A stretch of DNA of 47,820 bases from Candidatus Aenigmarchaeota archaeon LH_S6 (GCA_023659935.1 JAGXOK010000003.1:1-47820), one strand, 5' to 3'; positions 29,401 through 37,170 are shown, numbered from the stretch's first letter. Notes: generated from the letters alone by a model not told the origin. Numbers and translations: made by a program.

Positions 29401-31893
29401 ATCAACACAGTATGAAGTTGTGTTGCAACCGATTCCATTATCAGAGCAATTTAATTCTATTGTTTGATTATCCTCTGTCCATTCTGAGGAAGAATTGTCT
29501 GTTGTGTTTGGTGGTGTGTTATCAACGGTTATATCAACTCTCTTTGTATTATTAAGGTTTCCCAAAGAATCATTTGCATAAATTGTAAGATTATATTCTC
29601 CATCTGATACAGAAGTTGTATCAAGAGTTCCAAGCCAATAACTTCCACTTTGAGATAAATCAGATGAGTTTGACCAAGTTGAATTACTCAAATTATAATA
29701 AACCTGGTCTACTGTTTGATTATCTGTTATAGTAGTATTTACTAATATATTCTCATTCACAAATCCTGAAGTAGGAGAAGTTATATTCACTTCAGGAGGT
29801 TTCTTATCTATTCTTATCAAAGAAGAGTTTTTTGTTTTTTCGTTATTTCCTGCATTATCAGTACTGTAATAATTAATATATTTCTCACAGATTTCTCCTT
29901 CTTCACAAGTTATATTTACTTTAGTAGTGTTATTGTAAACTTTTGTTGGATTACAAGTTTCAGATTTATTTGCAATACAATAGTAAGTTGTGTTACAACC
30001 TGAGCCAGGAGAGCCATCAGCCAAGTTAGGATCAGAACAACTTAGTTCTACTATTTGATTTTTTCCATACCAAGGTTCATCTACACTGGAGTTGTCTGTT
30101 GTGTTTGGAGGAGTTAAATCTATTGAAAAACCTCTCCCTGAAGAATTAAAGTTTCCTGCCAAATCTTCACAGGTTATATTCCAATTATGAGATCCCTCTA
30201 ATAAATTAGAAGCAGAAAAATTTGTATTTGTATTGTTTGAGACCGAAGAGTTTGTCTGGTTTAAAGTTCTATCTAAATAAAGGGAACAGTTTGCCTCAGG
30301 AGAAAATTCATCTGTAAAATTAAAAACAAAAGTCAAATTTGTTGAGTTCAGCCAGGCATCAACCTCAGGGGAAATTAGATTTATTGTTGAAGAGTTTCTA
30401 TCTAAGATTATCCAATCTGATACATAAGTTTCCTCACCATAATATCCCAAATTTCCTGCTTTATCTCTAATTCTCACATAAATTGTCCTGTTTCCATCTC
30501 CTGAATTACAACCAAAATTTGAATCTGTAATATTAAAATTGGAATAAGTTTTCTGGTAAGGAACCCAATCTGTCCAATTTGTGTTATTGCAGGAAAAAGC
30601 CATATAATCTGTATCTTCCAGATCGGCAGAATTAATCTTTATTTCTGGTTTTTCTTTATCGGTATATCTGTCTCCATCTTCTATTTTTATTGGGGGTTTG
30701 TTAAATCCTGGCTGAATTTTATCAACCACAAAACTATAATTATCAAATTTTCCCCAATATCCATCAGAATCATTACAATGAGTATTAACTATATAAATAC
30801 CAGAATAATCACTGACATTAATACTTCCATTCACCACTTCATTTGAAGAATCAAAATTTCCATCAGTTGCATTCATACCTGTTCCATTTCCTTCCCCTGT
30901 TGAATTAACAAAAAACTCTGCTCCTGTTATGTTTCCAAAAAGTTGTGGATTAATACAGGTTGCATTTACTTTAGGGTTCATCTTTCTAAGACAATAATCA
31001 GCTTCCGGATTACAGGTAATATTTAAATCCTCCCAATTTGTATTATCAAGACTTCTCGCATAAAATTTTGTCCCCTCTGTTTTTGGACTCCCTAAATAAT
31101 TAATTGTCCTGTTCATCACTGTTATCCTCTCATCACTATTATTAATTCCCTCAAAACCAAAGGCAAAATAAGCAACTTTATAACCCTCTGAACCTCCTGT
31201 ATCTGCTTTTATCGCTCCTGGAAGATCATCTTTCTGTAATGTGTACCAATCACCTGTGTCACATTTTACTACTCCAGATTTTTCTGTACTATAAGCAAAT
31301 ACATTTTCGTCTGTTGCTTCCTCACCATTATGCCAAATTAAAGAAGGATACTCTTGATTTTCTGCTCCCCCACTAATATTTATTAATAATCCATCCCCTA
31401 TTTCATCATTACTCTCCCCAATCAAATTGTAATCATCTATATCATCCTTACAATAAATTGCATGTAAATAATCCTCATAAAAATCAGTTGCACCAATATC
31501 ATATCCAATATCCTGCCCTGTTATGAATAATTTACCTCCATTATCTAAGTATTTTTGAAGTTCTTCCTGATCTGTAGAGGTTAAAGTAAAAAAAGGGTCA
31601 CCATAATCGTTTCCAGTAAACCAGATAACAATATCATAGTTTTTCATTCCCCCAATATCTTCATCACAATCCCCTTCTCCATCATAAGCAGGTCCACTAT
31701 CAGTTCCATCTGGTACGGTACAGTTAGTATAATTCAAATCAAGGGAATCCAAGGCTTGAGTATAATAAGGGGCAAGATCAGAATTACTATAATCATAATG
31801 AGCATCTTTAACCAGCAAAATATTCTCCTGTGGACTTGCAAAAACACAGTTTATGGATAACAGCAGAAATAAAACTAAAACTATCCTTTTCAT
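23422..31893 (-). CDS. Giant surface glycoprotein (2823 aa): Ig-like repeats, C-terminal TM, coiled coil and OB-fold-like tail
   Basis: Signal peptide; N-terminal YDIVIWFTG...YLDNGGKLFITGQDIG domain; repeated DxxPPNTTDNSS/IDKKPPE Ig-like units; very many N-x-S/T sequons; CTCTEW..C..YQTRVC module; TM WSLILLVILTLIFSYLI; tail VNREVTLKGEV...YKIRDETGDIYIF. Confidence 0.9.
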   Translation of the reverse strand: MKRIVLVLFLLLSINCVFASPQENILLVKDAHYDYSNSDLAPYYTQALDSLDLNYTNCTVPDGTDSGPAYDGEGDCDEDIGGMKNYDIVIWFTGNDYGDPFFTLTSTDQEELQKYLDNGGKLFITGQDIGYDIGATDFYEDYLHAIYCKDDIDDYNLIGESNDEIGDGLLINISGGAENQEYPSLIWHNGEEATDENVFAYSTEKSGVVKCDTGDWYTLQKDDLPGAIKADTGGSEGYKVAYFAFGFEGINNSDERITVMNRTINYLGSPKTEGTKFYARSLDNTNWEDLNITCNPEADYCLRKMNPKVNATCINPQLFGNITGAEFFVNSTGEGNGTGMNATDGNFDSSNEVVNGSINVSDYSGIYIVNTHCNDSDGYWGKFDNYSFVVDKIQPGFNKPPIKIEDGDRYTDKEKPEIKINSADLEDTDYMAFSCNNTNWTDWVPYQKTYSNFNITDSNFGCNSGDGNRTIYVRIRDKAGNLGYYGEETYVSDWIILDRNSSTINLISPEVDAWLNSTNLTFVFNFTDEFSPEANCSLYLDRTLNQTNSSVSNNTNTNFSASNLLEGSHNWNITCEDLAGNFNSSGRGFSIDLTPPNTTDNSSVDEPWYGKNQIVELSCSDPNLADGSPGSGCNTTYYCIANKSETCNPTKVYNNTTKVNITCEEGEICEKYINYYSTDNAGNNEKTKNSSLIRIDKKPPEVNITSPTSGFVNENILVNTTITDNQTVDQVYYNLSNSTWSNSSDLSQSGSYWLGTLDTTSVSDGEYNLTIYANDSLGNLNNTKRVDITVDNTPPNTTDNSSSEWTEDNQTIELNCSDNGIGCNTTSYCVDTTGTCTPNITYSSTNKIEIGCNEGEVCKNYIRYRSNDSLGNLEDIETSNQIKIDKKPPEISIDSPEENETKSGIVSLETTITEDVGVNESWYKIVNKTNKSQVFDEGNLTGDFDTTWNSTADISERENVTFLVSANDSLGNPKYNTSRNFTVDNSLPSVVIYYPKMIYLNQSFDLNLTAVATSNNNLSFASYNITNSTGDTAANNSTATNQAEFSFTDFINISDWSDGKYNLSFYANQTNGNEGTDLNWFSVDRVAPNTTDSTNSTWNSTWFKQNKIVNLTCLDPNLSDGTSGSGCDKTLYCINNSDGNCTPNQNYQNPVEVSCSEDNTCNKTVFYHSNDTVGNQENVNKSNLILIDKQAPNTTDNSSSEWTNKNQTIELNCSDSGSGCNTTSYCVDTSGTCEPTDIYNNTNKIKIGCNEGYVCKNYIRYRSNDTLGNLENIKTSEEIRIDKQVPNTTDNSSVSEPWYGKNQTIELTCSDEGSGCNSTYYCIANKSETCTLNVTYNDTTKINITCEEGEICEKYISYYSLDKAGNNETIKNSSLIRIDKKPPEIRDCIINISEDQNFNDSRIYLGDSVNFSTDITDLREVSKVSVNITNSSTSEIKILDLKSGDQTNGTWTTSITPTEIGLYNITKVFANDSLGNLNETELNLSFKVVEPSVEIDFGENNEIDAGRDSSFNLTFNFNKTVSNQNLTLYIPDSDYYSNLTSWNCVNCNFSNPNVTVGQNITGLKLNTSISVGTPSQDLNSTWNLEFLGKNYSETTKIKTPLLNITNITCNRCNSFNEKTCIVNQSRGFYLNFTIKNENLTNHTGEAYNVLFNLSSGIKEKSVSLGDLESDSSNYTEVDFNISDVGIYTLNIRVEEGTGNYTTTKSYKVKVEDIKLPELLGKSWSSNLDNFISDINTSINKSFNKNETVEYFVKAKDNVEIENVFAEIFNNSNYTNKSLNLESQYTEFDIWKFTNKTDNLGTYNITKIYLNDTSGNLEEVNLTDFFEIIELNLSSSLSNQSIEINKTQIFSANISGNASAISKVEAKISKPDNSIETINFNFENETNNIYLYNGNYSNIDLSGNYSVNTTVILSSKINKTEQANFNVSYGNISINAEDRTLVENTSYDLPIFIVPNKGDLLNISVNISIENEIIINSTNKTSNIGDILWKDNYQGKGVFFPIDSTANGTTTINITAYSPNLNESKSKSINISVIQNDNTPPEINKFNYYNKTNLNNINKFVINTTENETAIKNVSVEVTWPYNTTKNNISATLNPNNLYEINFNGTTENGTYEFKIYSCNLAGKCTNTTTEEFNVTNKYETVTLTYNPYNKGDKIDFNVSVKDVRNLSVEGFNLTLILNKDGENVTLVNNTITNFGSYQIEPEDEPGADKTSAASTDYIIYVNVKKNGNKGEYDESFVVSEEIPTEIIYPETGYYPPNTGVDMNVSVVDMHSEVVEGAAVTAYCPKCTKDYARLTFDSETGRYKGSSIFTAPNENFEIFVYSSSYFGGNLGYTGRMFTTTKTPEGESKTGGETTTGGNGGVPGITNCTCTEWKDKGCGLSNCSATEKYQTRVCNPAGCSAEKQCVYNPVCIPEKDFRISIDQEILEIDQGKTKKDSIKLENIGGAKLSLTISAEKECCDLNYTKSLELEKKETKVLPILVHPNLSQGAGEYSIKFKVESEGVEKEENLRIVVKENPSISYLKSIKNKLPKLEEEIKKYKETGVDVTDLEIKIREIKTLIENSTLSIKTDSLDNLKKQTDEINLKVGYIENKLLTLKIKKFLLENKWSLILLVILTLIFSYLITQIIYPHFRLSREIRSLEEKKQGLVNSRKETEKKYFLRKINEKTFKDILVKTQQTIFEVRGKIRGKKENKESLLKEKLVPTALLIWIISLPVSFFRYLKGLVTKLKHKFGKIKLKDKVNIKRKKLKIKQMISDPKFVNREVTLKGEVSFIQKTSKEEFIYKIRDETGDIYIFSNKELKEGENTITGVLCKSMIGQMYVEIKV
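27746..30109. repeat. Intragenic DNA-level repeats: 27746-28039 ~ 29795-30109 and about 28045-28320 ~ 29237-29511
   Basis: Near-identical nucleotide blocks encoding the EPWYGKNQ...CEEGEICEKYI and SSSEWT...CVDT.GTC...CKNYIRYRSND units. Boundaries are approximate. Confidence 0.85.
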
Positions 31894-32027
31894 AATAAAG
31901 TAAAGTCATATTTAATAAACTAATAAATTCTTTGATTTATCCTTGATATTCTTAAACTATCCCTTAATTATAGGTAAATAAAAGTATTAATTAAAATGTT
32001 AATTTTTCTTTTAAATAATCTTTTATA

Positions 32028-32766
32028 AAGGTGTGTGAAATAAAATAATAAACTAATCAATTCTCTCCAGGAAGCCTAATTTCGCACACTTACTTCACTA
32101 AAGAGATAATTTCCATCTTACTATTTTAGATTCTAAATCTGCTGAATTCCCTGAGACTTATTTTGTCGCAGATAATACTGTCAATAGCAGTTATCAATAT
32201 TGCACTCAATGAAGCAAAAACAACAGATGTTTTTCTTATGATCCCTCTAACTTTCTGCCAACCTTTATCCATAGCATTCTTTATAATTGCATTGAATTGC
32301 TCAACTAAGCCTTTTATTGGTTAAGTCAATTAAAAAGGCTTAAGCCAAAAATATAAATTGGATAAAACCTATCTTTTCTTCTTTAGTATCATAGGTGTTT
32401 TAAATCTTCTCTCATCTCTCCTTCTATTCTTTGCTATTATTGGTTTTGCTTTAATTTTCCTGCAGGCTTTTCTATTAGTCTCCAAAGCATAACCAGCATC
32501 TGCTAAAATAAGTTCACAAGAAACCAATAACTCTGGTAAGAAAGGGGAATCATGTTTGTTTCCTGTTGTTAGAATTACTTTTAGAGGCAATCCAAGCTGG
32601 TTTACAGAAAGATGTGTCTTAAAACCTTTGAAGGCTCCTCTCGAGTAAAACCAACTTTGGCATCTGCCTTTCTGAGATGGAGCAATCTCTTTGTTTACCG
32701 TTAATCTTACTATATTGGTACCTCTCACAACGAAAATTGTTAATTTTGGTTAATTTCGCACATCTC
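32028..32766 (-). mobile_element. Decayed IS5/IS4-like (DDE_Tnp_1-type) element; transposase pseudogene at 32126-32728
   Basis: GFKTHL..GLPLKVILTTGNKHDS, LADAGY, PIIAKNRR and a downstream fragment LVEQFNAIIK...RI*. There is a frameshift at DAKVGF/YSRG, a 60-bp insertion, and no N-terminus. Imperfect TIR: AGGTGTGTGAAATAA versus TTAATTTCGCACATCT. Confidence 0.8.
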
Positions 32767-32832
32767 TAAAGTGAAAAAATAAAAAAGGTTTTTTCGGATT
32801 GTTCCGTACTCTCCTGACTGGTTAAAGTTGGT

Positions 32833-33447
32833 TTAGTCAGCTACCTGGCTGAGATCAAATACTACCTTGATGACCACGCCATCCCCCTGGGGAGCGTTAC
32901 TATACTTATCAGTAGGATCCAGCGTTACATCGAGCCTCAGTTTTTCCTTCTCATCTGCGGTAAGACCAACCTGGTCAGACAAGTCAGCATTAGCCACCTC
33001 CTTAAGGTCTATGTAGGTATTTCCATCACTATTAGTATCACTAATCCCTGAAAGAAGGTTATTGGCCTCCCAGGTAAGTGTCTCAACCTTAAGAGCTTCA
33101 GCGTACTCAGTATCACTCATATCGTTGCCACTAGCATCCGGAGATTTTGGGTTGTTGCCATCCGCCTCGCCTGTGATGCTGATGCTTAGGTCCATCTGTG
33201 CTCCATCTATGGTTCCAGAATTGAATACAGTTATGGACTGTGCCACATTATCTACTCCAGGTGCCAAATTGGTCAAGCCGCTGACGAAAGCTGCAGAAGT
33301 GTCAGGCGTCAAGTCCAGCGTCCCTGCAGTAAAAGTATTACCTGTTGATTCTTCTGTATCACTGAAAAATGCTCCTGTCATTGCTCCTCCGACTGCCATT
33401 GCAGTTAATCCGATTACTAACACACTCATCAAGATTTTTGTATTCAT
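32833..33447 (-). CDS. TasA/camelysin-like secreted protein with SipW-cognate signal peptide
   Basis: MNTKILMSVLVIGLTAMAVGGAMTGAFFSDTEESTGNTFTAGTLDL, then NLAPG, VFNSGTIDG and C-terminal PQGDGVVIKVVFDLSQ. GC is visibly higher than in the flanks. Confidence 0.85.
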   Translation of the reverse strand: MNTKILMSVLVIGLTAMAVGGAMTGAFFSDTEESTGNTFTAGTLDLTPDTSAAFVSGLTNLAPGVDNVAQSITVFNSGTIDGAQMDLSISITGEADGNNPKSPDASGNDMSDTEYAEALKVETLTWEANNLLSGISDTNSDGNTYIDLKEVANADLSDQVGLTADEKEKLRLDVTLDPTDKYSNAPQGDGVVIKVVFDLSQVAD

Positions 33448-33475
33448 TTTTTCATCTGAATATAATTTGTAAGAA

Positions 33476-33491
33476 AACTTTAAATACTTTT
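33476..33491 (-). promoter_or_regulatory. Probable BRE/TATA box of the TasA-like gene
   Basis: Minus strand AAAAGTA-TTTAAAG about 30-40 nt upstream of the ATG. Confidence 0.45.
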
Positions 33492-33499
33492 AGATAATT

Positions 33500-33539
33500 G
33501 TAATTGTTCCGTAATTGTTCCGTAATTGTTCCGTAATTG
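33500..33539. repeat. Tandem 11-bp repeat (GTAATTGTTCC) x3 plus a partial copy
   Basis: Exact units at 33500, 33511 and 33522, partial at 33533. ATTGTTCCGTA also occurs at 32798-32808. Confidence 0.95.
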
Positions 33540-33552
33540 CTTTAAAGTAAAA

Positions 33553-33731
33553 GTTTCTGTATGAACCCTCTGAGAGTATCTAAGCATATCAAGTCTTCTT
33601 TGAAAACTTTGATGAAAAAGGTCTTACATACTTAAAACCTCTTTGCACTTTCTTACAAACTTCAAAATCTTAGAAATTCTTCTTACCATAACTGACTTAG
33701 AGGCTCTAAATCAGAGGATTTCTACAGAACC
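33553..33731. mobile_element. MITE-like remnant of an archaeal IS5-family element (179 bp)
   Basis: Imperfect TIRs GTTTCTGTATGAACCCTCTGA / TCAGAGGATTTCTACAGAACC (17/21). Internal CACTTT-CTTACAAACTTC resembles the HFTTLQKF transposase motif. Confidence 0.65.
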
Positions 33732-33820
33732 ACTATCCCTTAATTATAGGTAAATAAAAGTGTTAATTAAAATGTTAATTTTTCTTTTAAATAATCTTTT
33801 AAATATAAATAATATATATT

Positions 33821-34486
33821 ATGGCAGAAATAAAAAGAATCAAAACAGGAATTCCGGGTTTAGACAAATTGATTGAGGGAGGTCTTTTAGAAAATTCTGT
33901 AACTTTAGTAAGTGGTGGAACAGGGACTGGGAAAACAATTCTTTCAATGCAATTCCTAAAGAAATTAGCAGAAAACAAAGAGAAGGTTTTATATATTTCA
34001 ACAGAAGAAAATGAGAAGAGTATAAAAGAAGGTTTTAAAATTTTTGGATGGGATCTGGATAAATTGAAAATAGAGGTTATGAATCTTGGCCCTGATGAGT
34101 TAGAAGAAGAGTGGGAGCCTTTATTATCAAATAAAATAGACAGGGAAAAAGTAAAAAGAGTGGTGATTGATTCAATCAGTCTTACAGGTATTTATTACAG
34201 AGATGAATATAGTACGAGGAAATATATTTACAGACTTATTTCCTCTCTAAAAGAGAGGAATATTACCTGCTTATTAACTTCAGAGGTTCCTGAAAATGAG
34301 AAAAGTCTTAGTAAAATGGGTGTAGAAGAATTCGTTTGTGATGGAGTTATTTTGCTGCAATTCCTTGGAATGGGTGGAAAGTATGAAAGGGGTCTGACAG
34401 TAAGAAAGATGAGATGGACTAATCATACTCAGGAAACACACCCCTACAAAATGGTAAAAGGTAGAGGAGTTGTCTTGAGAAAATAG
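33821..34486 (+). CDS. KaiC/RAD55-family single-domain ATPase (intact motifs)
   Basis: KTGIPGLD, Walker A GGTGTGKT, STEE, RVVIDS, SKMGVEEFVCDG, RKMRWT. Confidence 0.93.
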   Translation: MAEIKRIKTGIPGLDKLIEGGLLENSVTLVSGGTGTGKTILSMQFLKKLAENKEKVLYISTEENEKSIKEGFKIFGWDLDKLKIEVMNLGPDELEEEWEPLLSNKIDREKVKRVVIDSISLTGIYYRDEYSTRKYIYRLISSLKERNITCLLTSEVPENEKSLSKMGVEEFVCDGVILLQFLGMGGKYERGLTVRKMRWTNHTQETHPYKMVKGRGVVLRK

Positions 34487-34509
34487 TTTATTTTCTTTTA
34501 GTTTTATTT

Positions 34510-34590
34510 ATGGATAAAGTAAAAACCTATATATCAGGATTGGATGAATTAACTGAAGGTGGTTTAATCAAAAAAATAAAAATTATCTAA
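34510..34590 (+). pseudogene. 20-codon duplicate of the 5' end of the KaiC gene at 38918
   Basis: MDKVKTYISGLDELTEGGLI versus MEKVKTYISGLDELIEGGLI; shared DNA TATATATCAGGATTGGATGAA. Confidence 0.85.
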
Positions 34591-35071
34591 AAGGATGTTT
34601 TGCTGCGTTCTTCTTTTCTAGAACTTCCTTTATTGAAGGTTCATTATTCATTGCTCTTTTTATTGCTAATTTTACTGCTTCATAGTTGTATTCATAGATT
34701 TTAGCCTTATCTTTTGCTTGTGGGTGAATAAATACTGAGCAGACTATCACAAGGTCCTCAACTTTCTTTTTTTCTATTACTCCTTCTTCAACACAGTCCG
34801 CAACTGCCTTGGCAACTGCTGCTTGAGCAGGACCAAAGATTAAGCCTGCTTGTTCCATCCCTTTTATTGTTACTTTTGGCACAATTAAAGTTGAAGGTTT
34901 TGGTTGTAAATTTGGCTCCAAAACTGCAAGCAAAGGAGTATGTCCCTCTTTTGGCTCTGCTAAAGAACTTGCAAATGCTTCCCCAACTGCACCTTCCTTA
35001 CCTCCAATTATCAAGTCTATATGAGCAATCTCATTTCCGGCTCCAATCAAAGCTTCGCCAATTTTCACCAT
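34583..35071 (-). CDS. fae: Formaldehyde-activating enzyme (H4MPT-dependent hydro-lyase)
   Basis: [19 protein letters not shown] (catalytic His), [59 protein letters not shown] end. Start moved to the ATTATG at 35071. Confidence 0.95.
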   Translation of the reverse strand: MVKIGEALIGAGNEIAHIDLIIGGKEGAVGEAFASSLAEPKEGHTPLLAVLEPNLQPKPSTLIVPKVTIKGMEQAGLIFGPAQAAVAKAVADCVEEGVIEKKKVEDLVIVCSVFIHPQAKDKAKIYEYNYEAVKLAIKRAMNNEPSIKEVLEKKNAAKHPFR

Positions 35072-35097
35072 AATTATATTAATATATAACAAGAAGA

Positions 35098-35610
35098 CTA
35101 CCTGTGTTTATATATTTTATAAATTTCATAACATTTTCCTGTTTTTTCATCGTATTTTAAATAACTTGCATGGACATGTCTATCTAAAAGCCTTGATAGA
35201 TTCCTTTCCATAAAATACAAACTAAATCTGCATAAAGGACAGGCTCCTCTTTCTAAAGTTTTTCTGTTAACTGTTAAAATACAATTACTTTCCCTAAAAC
35301 TAATAACCATTTCTGTATATCCTTTTTTCTCTTCTATTGATTCAATTTTAAGTTCACCAACTGTTCCTAGCTTAGCCCATAACTTTTCTAAATGTTTGCC
35401 TGCATCTTCAACTTTATCAAATTTTGGCAAAGTCTTAAAACCAACATCTGATAGTGCATAGCCTATTTCTCTCAAAAAAACTTCTCCTGCTCTACCTGCT
35501 ATTTTTGTACCTGCCTTATCTATTGCTTCCAAAACTGAAACTAAATTAGATTCATAACGCTCAACAATTTTTTCTTTGCTCATCCCCTCTATAAACTTTG
35601 GTACTACCAT
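35098..35610 (-). CDS. V4R/methanogen-output-domain-like ligand-binding protein
   Basis: [13 protein letters not shown] helix, LGTVGELKI, Cys pattern NC...ACPLC...GKC. The fold call is inference. Confidence 0.65.
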   Translation of the reverse strand: MVVPKFIEGMSKEKIVERYESNLVSVLEAIDKAGTKIAGRAGEVFLREIGYALSDVGFKTLPKFDKVEDAGKHLEKLWAKLGTVGELKIESIEEKKGYTEMVISFRESNCILTVNRKTLERGACPLCRFSLYFMERNLSRLLDRHVHASYLKYDEKTGKCYEIYKIYKHR

Positions 35611-35615
35611 TTTAT

Positions 35616-35981
35616 CTAACTCAAAAGCCTGCTAATTTTATTACTTGCTTTTTCCATACTAATCAAAACTAAACCTATATTTGCATCTTTGTTTATTAAA
35701 CAAACTAGAAAAGCTTCCTTCCCAGACCCTATAGCAACATATTGTCCATCGGTTGCATCTACTAAAACTTTTTTGAATTTACCAATTTTTAATTCATTTG
35801 TAGATGTCTCTGCAGTTCCAACAATTGCTGCAGCCATCGCAGAAACATTTCTTGCATCAACATCTTGAGATAACTTAGAGATAATAAGTAAACCATCTTT
35901 TCTGATAATTAAAGAGCCTAAGATATCACCAACATCTCGCAATTCTTTAAGTATATCTTCCAACTCTTTTTTGCTTACCAT
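35616..35981 (-). CDS. Roadblock/LC7 (MglB-like) protein
   Basis: DILGSLIIRKDGLLIISKL, VSAMAAAIVGTAE, ANIGLVLISMEKASNKI. Confidence 0.92.
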   Translation of the reverse strand: MVSKKELEDILKELRDVGDILGSLIIRKDGLLIISKLSQDVDARNVSAMAAAIVGTAETSTNELKIGKFKKVLVDATDGQYVAIGSGKEAFLVCLINKDANIGLVLISMEKASNKISRLLS

Positions 35982-35984
35982 AAT

Positions 35985-37115
35985 TTATACTTTAAATATT
36001 TTATTTATAAGAACTTTAAAGCCTTTTTCCAAACTTTCAGATTCTAAAGCATTTACGGGTAAGATATCTGCATAGCCAATTCTTTTCTTGATTTCCTCTA
36101 TTTCTAAATGGTTTGGTATGTTTTGCTTATTTGCAAAAACAACAAAAAGAAGTTTTTCTCCCTCAACTTTCTTTAACATCTCTTTTGCTCTACCGAAAGT
36201 CTCAGGAGCTGTTGAATCTATAACTAGAATAATACCCCAAATATCTTTAGATAATACCTTTAAAATCCAGTCAAATCTTTCTTGACCAGGAGTTCCGAAA
36301 ATATCACAAATAATCCCTTTTCTTTCAATATATCCATGGTCTAACGCAACTGTTGTAGATACTCTATCAACAGAAATAGATCCCTCTGAAAGATTTTTTA
36401 CTGTTGTTGATTTTCCAGCATGATATGGGCCAGTAACAAGAATTTTTGGAATATATAAATTAACTCCAGTGAGAGTTATCCAAAAGAAAATCTTTGGACT
36501 AGCCCCAACAAAAAAATAATCCATCCACAAATATTTTTTCTCAACAGAACCAAGTTCTATCACTAAATCAAAACAAGTTTTTATTTTTTCAATTTTCTCT
36601 TTTTCATAACCCCAATCTGTCAACAAAAAAAAGGCTGTTGACCCTCCATGAGATTTTTTTAAATTATTTATAAAATCAACAGTTTCATCAATCCTATAAC
36701 CCATTATACTTTCCAAAGAATCAAAAATATCTATCTTGAAACCTTTTGTTTCTTTTATTGCTTTATCCCACAACTCACTTATTTTCGGTAAAATATTTGT
36801 TCCGTCAATTAGTTTCTCCTTTAAAAAATATTTTGTTTTCTGTTCTTTTCCAAGAGTTGAGGAAATGCAATCAACATATTTTATATTTTTTGTTTCCCAT
36901 CCGTGTTCTTCCAAATTTTTTTCTATTTGCTCTGGTATTTTAGAAGTTGTTAAATAAATTCCTTTATCTTCTTCGGAAATTCTTGTTGAAAAAATATGTT
37001 GGGCAAAACTTGATTTGTCAACTAGAGGACTTGCAAGTAATAGAACAGAACTTTTGTCATCAATACCACCACCTAAGATTTCATTTAGTTTCTCTATTCC
37101 TGTATTTAATTTCAT
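35985..37115 (-). CDS. Fusion of a degenerate KaiC-like domain and an MglA/Arf-like small GTPase
   Basis: N-terminal NTGIEKLNEILGGGI with a broken P-loop (ASPLVDKS). C-terminal G1 GPYHAGKST, G2 TTVALDHG, G3 FGTPGQERF, G4 NKQN, G5 VNAL. Confidence 0.9.
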   Translation of the reverse strand: MKLNTGIEKLNEILGGGIDDKSSVLLLASPLVDKSSFAQHIFSTRISEEDKGIYLTTSKIPEQIEKNLEEHGWETKNIKYVDCISSTLGKEQKTKYFLKEKLIDGTNILPKISELWDKAIKETKGFKIDIFDSLESIMGYRIDETVDFINNLKKSHGGSTAFFLLTDWGYEKEKIEKIKTCFDLVIELGSVEKKYLWMDYFFVGASPKIFFWITLTGVNLYIPKILVTGPYHAGKSTTVKNLSEGSISVDRVSTTVALDHGYIERKGIICDIFGTPGQERFDWILKVLSKDIWGIILVIDSTAPETFGRAKEMLKKVEGEKLLFVVFANKQNIPNHLEIEEIKKRIGYADILPVNALESESLEKGFKVLINKIFKV

Positions 37116-37170
37116 AATATATAAAAGTTTTTATTTAAAGGGTTACTTTATTATTAGGGGTTATAATTTT

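Larger units (their letters stand above)
31956..33801. repeat. 70-bp direct repeat (31956-32025 and 33732-33801, one mismatch) bracketing an inserted cassette
   Basis: ACTATCCCTTAATTATAGGTAAATAAAAGT(A/G)TTAATTAAAATGTTAATTTTTCTTTTAAATAATCTTTTA occurs at both positions, offset 1776. Confidence 0.95.

Noticed and set aside
32310..32369. Bulge-helix-bulge intron in the transposase
   Set aside because: No convincing BHB geometry at the junctions, and the gene is independently broken by a frameshift and N-terminal loss.
33500..33539. CRISPR array
   Set aside because: The 11-bp units are contiguous with no spacers, and no cas genes are present.
34583..35071. Evidence that the organism is a methanogen or methylotroph
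   Set aside because: Fae alone is insufficient. No other C1 gene is in the window, and the rest looks DPANN-like. A whole-genome check is needed.
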